Part shown: positions 54,865 through 64,000 of the stretch, piece by piece
Numbering within the stretch: position 1 is the stretch's first letter
Layout of the letters: every line of letters starts with the position of its first letter
Origin: Paraspadella gotoi
Lineage: Eukaryota; Animalia; Chaetognatha
NCBI GenBank assembly: GCA_051294375.1
Contig: CM119266.1
Span: 24,878,659-24,942,658 of the forward strand
DNA: 64,000 nt
Direction of reading: 5' to 3'
Translations under genes and position numbers: made by a program
Notes under the pieces: model-generated
Databases searched by the model: none
What the model was told of the DNA's origin: nothing
Seen by the model: the letters and a program-made list of their open reading frames with translations, nothing else

Positions 54865-54996
54865 GTCTAAATAATATCTCAGCTTCTGCATATTCAAACA
54901 GTCAAACATTATCAACGGTCAGTAATTCAGTGTTGGTGTTAGATCTCTTAATATATTCAAGCAATGTATCAGGAATCTCCTCAACAGCTTTTTCAA
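54865..54996 (+). CDS. Repeat exon 4 (A type; 132 bp, indels)
   Basis: Same splice sites as the other copies. Small deletions, probably sequencing error. Confidence 0.65.
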
Positions 54997-55193
54997 GTGA
55001 GGATAAAATAAAAATTATTACATAGTGTGTTTCTAGATCACCCGAACAATTGTGATTGTTTTTTTTCATATACATTATACTAGTATTCAAAATGTACTTT
55101 GAAAATTATTTTTAAATTAAGCCCTTCATTTTATTGCTTAAAGTTAATAGGTATCCAATGATATAACAAAATACCATGTATTGTAATGTACAG

Positions 55194-55325
55194 GTCTATA
55201 ATATAGCAGCATCTGCATATTCAAACAGTCAAACATTATCAGATGTCAGTAATTCAGTGTTGGTGTTAGAGCTTCTTTGATTGATTTTCAAGCAATGTAA
55301 CAAATCTCCTCCACAGCTTTTGCAA
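55194..55325 (+). CDS. Repeat exon 5 (B type; 132 bp, indels)
   Basis: Same splice sites, small deletions. Confidence 0.65.
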
Positions 55326-56071
55326 GTGAGTATAAAATAAAAATTACTAGTACATATAAATTGGATAGTAAAGCAATGAGTAATTAATATCAATTATTTC
55401 TTTAAAATTGATAATATTTACCAATGTTTTTCATGATGTTAAGTTTTTAAATAATAATATTATCTCAAAATGAATAACTTACTAAGTGATGTCATTTGTA
55501 TAGTGTAAAAATACCTGGAAAAATTGCTGTTTTTCTACATTGATATTGAAATTAAATATATTATTATGGTCAAAGGTATCGCCATCACGTGATTTGCCCA
55601 AGTTGGTCACTATGTTGTATGGTCCGAGGGAAACACTCTCTCACTTTCTCGCTTTTTCTCTCTCTCTCTTTACTTGGTCATTTTCTTGCTCTCTTACGTC
55701 AGTCTCTTCTCACAACCTTTACCATTAACATCTCTCCCTGTTTTGCATTATATTTGTTAATACATGTTATTATTTGCCACTACATAACTGGTAAGGCTGA
55801 TGAGAATACATAAAATTTCTTCTGATACAAAATTAAGAAAAATGGAAAACACGACAGAACTTTTCTAAAATGTTTGTATCTTAAATAAAAAATAAAAAAT
55901 TGTAATATTTATAAATTTAAATTTTAAAATATTAGTTGTGAAAAAAAATTATACTTACTGTTTTTATATATTAATATTTAAAATAAAATGTATAATGAAA
56001 ATGAACTTTACTTTTGTTGCTAAAAAGTTATTTAATGATACAACAAAATACTCTGCAAATGTTCATTACAG

Positions 56072-56206
56072 GTCTAAATAATATCTCAGCTTCTGCATAT
56101 TCAAACAGTCAAACATTATCAGACGTCAGTAATTAGTATTGTGTTAGATGCTTCTTTAAATGATTTTCAAGCAATGTATCAGGAATCTCCTCAACAGCTT
56201 TTTCAA
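56072..56206 (+). CDS. Repeat exon 6 (A type; 135 bp, indels)
   Basis: Same splice sites, three separate 1-bp deletions. Confidence 0.65.
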
Positions 56207-56413
56207 GTGAGGATAAAAATAAAAATAATTACATAGTGTGTTTTCTAGATCACCCGAACAAATTGTGATTGTTATTTTTTTCATATACATTATACATATA
56301 GTATTTAAAAAGAAATGTACTTTGAAAATTATTTTTAATTTAAGCCCCTTCACTTTTATTGCTTAAAGTTAATAAGTATCCAATGATATAACAAAATACC
56401 ATGTAATTTACAG

Positions 56414-56548
56414 GTCTAAATATATAGCAGCATCTGCATATTCAAACAGTCAACATTATCAGTTGTCAGTAATTCAGTGTTGGTGTTAGACGCTTCTTGA
56501 TTGATATTTCAAGCAATGTATCACAAATCTCCTCCACAGCTTTTGCAA
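56414..56548 (+). CDS. Repeat exon 7 (B type; 135 bp, indels)
   Basis: Same splice sites, small deletions. Confidence 0.65.
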
Positions 56549-57284
56549 GTGAGTATAAATAAAAATTACTAGTACATATATATTGGATAGTAAAGCAATG
56601 AGTATTAATATAATATTTCTTTAAAATTGATAATATTTACCAATGTTTTTTGCATGATGTTAAGTTTTTAAATAATAATATTACTTCAAAAAGAATAACT
56701 ATACTAAGTGATGTCATTTGTATAGTTGTAAAAAACCTGGAAAAATTGCTGTTTTTCTACATTGATACTTGAAATTAATATATTATTATGGCGTCAAAGG
56801 TATCGCCACCACGTGATTTGCCCAAGTTGGTCACTATGTTGTATGGTCGCGAGGAAACCACTCTCTACTTTCTCGCTTTCTCTCTCTCTCTTACTTGGTC
56901 ATTTTCTTGCTCTCTTACGTCAGTCTCTCTCACAACTTTACCATTAACATCTCTCCCTGTTTTGCATTATATTTGTTAATACATGTTATTATTTGCCACT
57001 ACTAACTGGTAAGCCTGATGAGAATACATAAAATTCTTCTGATACAAAATTAAGAAAAATGGAAAACACGACATAACTTTTCTAAAATGTTTGTACTTAA
57101 TAAAAAAATAAAAAATTTGTAATATTTATAAATTTAAATTTTAAAATATTGTTGTGAAAAAAAATTATACTTACTGTTTTTATATTAATATTTAAAATAA
57201 AATGTATATGAAAATAACTTTACTTTTGTTGCTAAAAAGTTATTTAATGATACAACAAAAATACTCTGCAAATGTTCATTACAG

Positions 57285-57420
57285 GTCTAATAATATCTCA
57301 GCTTCTGCATATTCAAACAGTCAAACATTATCAGACGTCAGTAATTCAGTATTGGTGTTAGATGCTTCTTTAAATGATATTTCAAGCAATGTATCAGGAA
57401 TCTCCTCAACAGCTTTTTCA
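57285..57420 (+). CDS. Repeat exon 8 (A type; 136 bp, indels)
   Basis: Same splice sites, two 1-bp deletions in short homopolymers. Confidence 0.65.
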
Positions 57421-57620
57421 GTGAGGATAAATAAAAATATTACATAGTGTGTTTTTCTAGATCACCGAAAAATTGTGTGTTATTTTTTTCATATACATTA
57501 TACATATAGTATTTTAAAAGAAATGTACTTGAAAATTATTTTTAATTTAAGCCCCTTCACTTTTATTGCTTAAAGTTATAAGTATCCAATGATATAACAA
57601 AATACCATGTAATTTTACAG

Positions 57621-57756
57621 GTCTAAATAATATAGCAGCATCTGCATATTCAAACAGTCAAACATATCAGTTGTCAGTAATTCAGTGTTGGTGTTAGACG
57701 CTTCTTTGATTGATATTTCAAGCAATGTATCACAAATCTCCTCCACAGCTTTGCAA
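57621..57756 (+). CDS. Repeat exon 9 (B type; 136 bp, indels)
   Basis: ttttacag| ... |gtaagt, two 1-bp deletions. Confidence 0.65.
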
Positions 57757-58502
57757 GTAAGTATAAAATAAAAATTACTAGTACATATATATTGGATAGT
57801 AAAGCAATGAGTAATTAATATCAATTATTTTTTAAAATTGATAATATTTACCAATGTTTTTGCATGATATTAAGTTTTAAATAATAATATTACTTCAAAA
57901 AGAATAACTATACTAAGTGATGTCATTTGTATAGTTGTAAAAATACCTGGAAAATTGCTGTTTTTCTACATTGATACTTGAAATTAATATATTTATTATG
58001 GCGTCAAAGGTATCGCCACCACGTGATTTGCCCAAGTTGGTCACTATGTTGTATGGTCGCGAGGGAAACCACTCTCTCACTTTCTCGCTTTCTCTCTCTC
58101 TCTTTCTTGGTCATTTTCTTGCTTCTCTTATGTCAGTCTCTTCTCACAACCTTTACCATTAACATCTCTCCCTGTTTTGCATTATATTTGTTAATACATT
58201 TATTATTTGCCACTACATAACTGGTAAGGCTGATGAGAATACATAAAATTTCTTCTGATACAAAATTAAGAAAAATGGAAACACGACATAACTTTTCTAA
58301 AATGTTTGTATCTTAAATAAAAAATAAAAAATTTGTAATATTTATAAATTTAAATTTTAAAATATTAGTTGTGAAAAAAATTATACTTACTGTTTTTATA
58401 TATTAATATTTAAAATAAAATGTATAATGAAAATGAACTTTACTTTGTTGCTAAAAAGTTATTTAATGATACAACAAAATACTCTGCAAATGTTCATTAC
58501 AG

Positions 58503-58640
58503 GTCTAAATAATATCTCAGCTTCTGCATATTCAAACAGTCAAACATTATCAGATGTCAGTAATTCAGTATTGGTGTTAGATGCTTCTTTAAATGATATT
58601 TCAAGCAATGTATCAGGAATCTCCTCAACAGCTTTTTCAA
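58503..58640 (+). CDS. 138-bp repeat exon 10 (A type)
   Basis: Open. LNNISASAYSNSQTLSDVSNSVLVLDASLNDISSNVSGISSTAFS, AG/GT flanks. Confidence 0.88.
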
Positions 58641-58976
58641 GTGAGGATAAAATAAAATTATAGAATTATTACATATTGTGTTTTCTAGAGTAAAGCAATA
58701 AAAAATTAATATAAATTATTATCTTTAAAAAAAAGTTGTGTAATATTAAGTTTTTGGAATAATAATGTTATTTGGAACTGAATAACTTTACTATTAAATG
58801 CTCTTATCCCTAAATTTGTGTAATCAACCAAAATAATTGTGACGTTTTTTTTTATTTAAATATATTTGAAAAGAAATGTATTTTGAAAATTATTTTTAAA
58901 TTAACCCCCTTTACTTTTATTGCTTAAAAGTTAAAAGGTATCCAATGATATAACAAAATACCATGCAATTGTGCAG

Positions 58977-59114
58977 GTCTAAATCATATAGCAGCATCTG
59001 CATATTCAAACAGTCAAACATTATCAGATGTCAGTAATTCAGTGTTGGTGTTAGACGCTTCTTTGATTGATATTTCAAGCAATGTATCACGAATCTCCTC
59101 CACAGCTTTTGCAA
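58977..59114 (+). CDS. 138-bp repeat exon 11 (B type)
   Basis: gtgcag| ... |gtgagt, exactly 138 bp, open. Confidence 0.88.
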
Positions 59115-61212
59115 GTGAGTATAAAATATAAAATAAAAATTACTACATTTATATAATTTATATGTAATTGATAAATCATTTCTTTAAAATTGATAATATC
59201 TCTCACGTCAGTCTCTTCTCACAACCTTTACCATTAACATCTTTCTCTGTTCTGAATTATATTTGTTAATACATGTTATCAGTATGTGCCACTACATAAC
59301 TGGTCAGCCCAACGAGGATACGCACAATTTTTTTGGATACAAAATTTTTAAAAATAAAAAACATGACGGAACTTTTCGTGACATATGTCAACCTTGTCGA
59401 CGGTATTCTAATGACCAAAGTAGGGAATGACAAAGCTGGTACTCTCAGATGGTACTCTCAGAATTGTTAGGGACGTTACAAGCAAAAAATACATTCATTT
59501 CATCAGCAACGGGCTATACAATGAAAATTTTGAATTTAATGTCAAAATTTCAAAAAGGTTGAGATTCATTTCCCAAATGATGGATCTTGAAATAATTGAC
59601 AATGAAAGGACAATCAATTATATTTTTACATTTAATTCTGAAGAAATTAAGAAAAACTTTTGTGACGTCATTTTCTCGCAAAAACCAATGACAACAAAAG
59701 CGGAGAAATCAACAACAGCTACGCCTCACTTAGGAGCCGCACCCGCCCCAGAGGCACAAGCATCACTAGTAAAGAAGCTGCCTCTAGGTTGGGGTTCAAC
59801 CAAAACAAGAGAATGAACTCATTCAAAACTCTTGACGCCTCTACCAAAACTCTAAGAGAAAAAAGTCAACGTTTCCACCTCTTAGACATTTTTCTCTTCA
59901 GAAGCCTCGAATGTAACCAACACCAGGGATGGTTCTTCTGTGATGAACAGTCAACGGTGAAGTGAAAGTTTGGAATCAAAATTTAGCAGTTATATCTTGA
60001 AAACTATCATATTAGTGAATACTAATCTGTAGTTGTTTTTTTTATAAATATAGTAGCCCAGTCAGCTTATTTTGTATACAATACAACCCTTAAATAATGA
60101 CAAAGTTTCAAAATGTTTTTTTTTTTAAATTCTTAGAACAGATTCAGATTCCTTGTAAAAGTTGATAAAAGAAAATAAAAACCTTTTTAAAAAATGATAT
60201 CATAAAGTAAGTTAAAATTACAAAAAAATATATTTTTAAGCTGGAAATCGAAAATCAGCGTTTTAGATATAGTTTTTACATTTTTGACCAACTTAATAAA
60301 ATAATTTTTAAAATGAATTATACTTTCTTACATCAAATTTTTGCAAGGAATCCAAATCCGATCTTAAATTTCAAAAATTTGTATTTTAAAATTTTAGCCT
60401 ATTATATACCTATATATATATATATATAAATAAATATAGCTCACTGGTGCCCACTAATGTATAAAATTAAAAAGTAAATTTACCAAAGTATTTTTATTAC
60501 TTTTTATTTTTATGTTTTATATGCTAAATTTTAATTTCCTAAAATTTTATCATTTTCACATCACTCTAGTCAACGTGGTCGATGATTTGGCCTCAACAGT
60601 TGAATGTTTAGGTGGCTGACGCCACCGCGAAAACGCGATTTGAATGGGAGGTCAATGTCGAAGAAGCCACGACCGCCGCGATAGACGTTCTGAACGTGTC
60701 AGCATCATCCTTATTCACCGACGCCCACAGTCTAATTGGCGTCAACATGGCAGCAATTAGAACGGTGCGACGCAATTATTGGGGTGGCGCCCATTGCTGC
60801 CGCCTCGGACAGAAAAACGTCATCTCGTAACTCCCCGAACACGCCCTCCACCGGGCTGCGAAAACCGTCCTTTGGACTTTTTTCGGGGGGTGCGGATATG
60901 GTGATGAAGGTTTCGCCACCACGGGGTTGACCCTAGTTGTATGGTCGCAATGGAAGCCGGTTACTGACCAGTGTCTCTCTCTCTCTCTCACTCTCTCTCT
61001 TTCTCTTCTCTCTCTCTTTATTTATTGGCTTGTTCTCTTACGTCAGTCTCTTCTCACGACCTTCACCATTAACATCTCTCTCTGTTCTGAATTATATTTG
61101 TTAATATGTGCTCCTACATTATAAAAATAAGTTTTGAATTGAGCCTCTTTACTTTTATTGCTTAAAAAGTATCCAATGATACTAAAAAATACCATATAAT
61201 TGTTCATTACAG

Positions 61213-61350
61213 GTCTCAATAATATTGCAACATCTGCATATTCAAACAGTCAAACATTAGTCAACATCAGTAATTCAGCATTGGTGTTAGACGCTTCTTT
61301 GAATGATATTTCAAGCAATCTATCAGGAATCTCCTCCACAGCTTTTGAAG
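61213..61350 (+). CDS. 138-bp repeat exon 12
   Basis: Open. LNNIATSAYSNSQTLVNISNSALVLDASLNDISSNLSGISSTAFE, donor G|gtgagt. Confidence 0.88.
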
Positions 61351-61717
61351 GTGAGTATAAAATAAAAAAAAATATTACATATATTATTCTGGATAGTAAG
61401 GCAATAAGTAATTAATATAAAGTGTCCAAAAAATTAATACAATTTACTATTATTTTTGGATATTATCAATTTTTATGGAATTATAATAATATTACTTCAA
61501 AATAAATACTATACAAATAGATGCTCTTATCCTTATATTTGACCCATTTTGAGTTGTTTAACTACATGGTAAAAATTATAATTGCTTTTTTTATACATCT
61601 ATATTTGAAATTAAATATAAGTATTTTGAAAATGAGTTTAAAATCGAGCCCCTTTACTTTTAATGCTTAACAGTTAACCAATGATACAACAAAAATACCA
61701 TACATTGTTCATTACAG

Positions 61718-61855
61718 GTCTAAATAATATCTCAGCATCTGCATATTCAAACAGTCAAACATTAGTCAATGTCAGTAATTCAGCATTGGTGTTAGATGCT
61801 TCTTTGATTGATATTTCAAGCAATCTATCAGGAATCTCCTCCACAGCTTTTTCAA
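61718..61855 (+). CDS. 138-bp repeat exon 13
   Basis: attacag| ... |gtgagc, open. Confidence 0.88.
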
Positions 61856-62141
61856 GTGAGCATAAAAAAAATTATTACATATTATATAATCTACAGAAAT
61901 GCAGTAAGTAATTAATATAAATCATTTTCTTAAAAATTATTACAATTTATAAATATTTATTGTACATGATCAAGTTTTTATAATTATAATATTACTTAGA
62001 ACTGAATAGTGAATAACTATATGAACGGATGCTCTTATCCATATATTTGACCCTTGTCTAGTTTGTAATCAACTGGTAAAAATTATAATTGCTGTTTTTT
62101 TATATATCAATATTTAATAATAAATGTATTTATTATGAAAA

Positions 62142-62417
62142 TGTAGAAGACGAAAATACGAGAAAATAAAGGTAGGAAAAAAGGTGAGGGATTGTGACGA
62201 TGTAAGAGAAGTAGAAAAGAAGTGAGACGAGCTCTCTCCTGATTCACTTTTATCATCGCCCGGACCAACTTGACCTTACAATCTCCTCGGCCCTATTGAT
62301 TTGTCAGGTCAATCTAAGGTCATTGCCAATGCTAGGGCAAAGTGACCGTGTGGATTGACCGGTTCGGAGAAGGAGGAGAGAGGAGAGGAGAGAGAGAGAC
62401 CGGTAGTAAGTCGCCTC
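62142..62417. mobile_element. ~275-bp intronic insertion (small dispersed repeat)
   Basis: Interrupts the intron consensus gaaaat..aaatcaagcccc and is flanked by aaaat. Its end gagaccggtagtaagtcgcctca matches inverted tgaggcgacttacgatcggtctc at ~51035. Confidence 0.45.
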
Positions 62418-62500
62418 AAAAATAACTTATAAATCAAGCCCCTTTATTTTTATTGCTAAACATTTAACTAATGATACAACAAAAATAGCATACAATTGTT

Positions 62501-63174
62501 CTTTTCTCGGACTAAGCTCTGACGAAAAAAGCCAGAGGTTTTTTTAATATTTTCTTTTACCGGCCAATGTAGAATGATGGCAATATTGCTATTGTTAAGT
62601 TTCAAAAAAATCCGATCATAAATATAGAAAATATTAACCAAAATCTTCGGAAAATCCACCCCTTCTTTGGAAGATTTTCGCCATAGAAGAATTTTCCCGA
62701 ATCTGACTCCCGGTTAAAAAATTTCACCAAAATGAACTAATCATTACCATGATCGTTTCATATTAAAATAACTAAATAAAATGTAAAGAAAAATTTTGAG
62801 AGCCCTTCAGACATATGGCTATCGGATTCCTGAATTCAAAGTTTATTGTAAAATCACAACATGCCTTAAATGCGTTTATATTGTAATGAAGTTGAGAAAT
62901 CCCTTTATTTTATATAGAAAAATTGAGATGAAAATTTTTTCCTGAGCAGACCAGTCAATTTAAATCTGATGGTTAGATGTCAAAATGATAGTTAATCATA
63001 AAGAGAAAAAAATGCGAGCCCTTCAGATGCAAAGGATCTGAATCGAGTCTTTTTACATCAATGTTTTATCGGAACTTTTCCCAGGACCGTTTATATTGTT
63101 TTGTAGTCAGATTTGAACGAAAATCTCCATTGAAAAAATCTTCCTCGATCTCTAAAACGAAGTCGACTCCTATC
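62501..63174. mobile_element. ~670-bp repeat inserted 7 nt upstream of a splice acceptor
   Basis: Splits the intron-end consensus ..catacaattgttc|..ttacag. Homologous to 46237-46520 plus 48110-48440. Possible TSD tcttt. Confidence 0.7.
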
Positions 63175-63181
63175 TTTACAG

Positions 63182-63319
63182 GTCTAAATAATATTGCCGC
63201 ATCTGCATATTTAAACAGTCAAACATTAGTCAATGTCAGTAATTCAGCATTGATGTTAGATGCTTCTTTGATTGATATTTCAAGCAATGTATCAGGAATC
63301 TCCTACACAGCTTTTGCAA
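63182..63319 (+). CDS. 138-bp repeat exon 14
   Basis: tttacag| ... |gtaagc, open. LNNIAASAYLNSQTLVNVSNSALMLDASLIDISSNVSGISYTAFA. Confidence 0.85.
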
Positions 63320-63484
63320 GTAAGCATAAAATAAAAATTATTAATAATAATATTGAATTTTTTAAAATTATAATAATACTTAAAACTAAATAATTATGCC
63401 AAGGGATGCTCTCATCCTTATATTTAACATTTTTATATTGTATACTTGTGTAATCACCTGGTAAAAATTACAATTTCATTACAG

Positions 63485-63622
63485 GTCTCAATAATATCTC
63501 AGCATCTGCATATTCTAACAGTCAAACGTTAGTCAATGTCCTTAATTCAGCAATAGTTTTAGACGCTTCTTTGATTGATATTTCAAGCAATATATCAGGA
63601 ATCTCCTCCACAGCTTTTGCAA
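63485..63622 (+). CDS. 138-bp repeat exon 15 (gene probably continues beyond the window)
   Basis: cattacag| ... |gtgagc, exactly 138 bp, open, no stop codon reached. Confidence 0.85.
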
Positions 63623-64000
63623 GTGAGCATAAAATAAAAATAAAAATTATTACATATCATGCATTGTTCAGTAGAGTAGAGCACTTGAGAACAAAAATTT
63701 GATTTGTGTCGATTAACAATAATAATTTTATGCGAGATATTATGATTATTGAATACAAAAGGATTTTGTTAATATTGTTTCGGGAATAGAAAAGAAAATA
63801 CAATATATTTATTGTATTATCCTTAGAGAAAGGAAAGAATTTTGAATTTGTAACAACTATTTTTAATTAATAGTTGGACATGTTTCGGCTTGTTTACTTG
63901 TTTACAAATTCAAAATTCTTTGCTATCTCTAATATCAATAAACAATGAAAAAGAAAGGATTATCGCATCATGTATTACCCTTATAAAATAAGTAATTTTC

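Larger units (their letters stand above)
53590..58660 (+). repeat. Tandem array of a ~1.21-kb two-exon cassette (4 full units plus part of a fifth)
   Basis: A-type exon starts at 53648, 54865, 56072, 57285 and 58503 (spacing 1207-1218 bp). Introns are near-identical between units. Confidence 0.95.

Noticed and set aside
54865-57756. Calling the six 132-136-bp exon copies pseudo-exons
   Set aside because: Their indels are scattered 1-bp deletions confined to the near-identical, hard-to-polish units and also affect the introns, so sequencing error is the simpler explanation.
59427-59816. 129-aa ORF inside the exon array
   Set aside because: No recognisable motif. It lies in an insertion interrupting the intron consensus and is likely transposon debris or chance.
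60560-61000. Possible LINE 3' remnant (KKVQRTVF..SYE on the minus strand)
   Set aside because: Only a faint resemblance to CR1/L2 C-terminal motifs, too weak to call.

Overview
Eukaryotic, apparently animal-like genomic DNA: AT-rich, dense in (GA)n/(TTTC)n microsatellites, with N-gaps and pervasive 1-bp indels typical of unpolished long-read sequence. No prokaryotic features. Main contents: (1) 6-21 kb, a nest of mobile elements, including a full-length Ty3/Gypsy LTR retrotransposon (15293-20415; LTRs differing only by indels, GTAC target-site duplication, tRNA-Trp-like PBS), older Gypsy fragments, Helentron/DINE-1-like non-autonomous elements and a tRNA-headed foldback repeat. (2) A ~15-kb palindrome (28257-43203; arms ~7.7 and ~7.0 kb around a 219-bp spacer) that may be a read-foldback artefact. 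(3) From ~42.3 kb to the window end, one large + strand multi-exon gene that I cannot assign to a family. It has a 2.6-kb exon with a GC-rich coiled-coil start and about nine 162-bp (54-aa) tandem repeats, a 66-bp exon, and at least 15 copies of a symmetric phase-1 138-bp exon encoding a 46-aa Ser/Asn-rich heptad repeat, amplified partly as a ~1.2-kb two-exon cassette. The inferred product is a very long N-glycosylated, probably extracellular coiled-coil rod whose length could vary by exon copy number or skipping. This is the best candidate for an undescribed system here.
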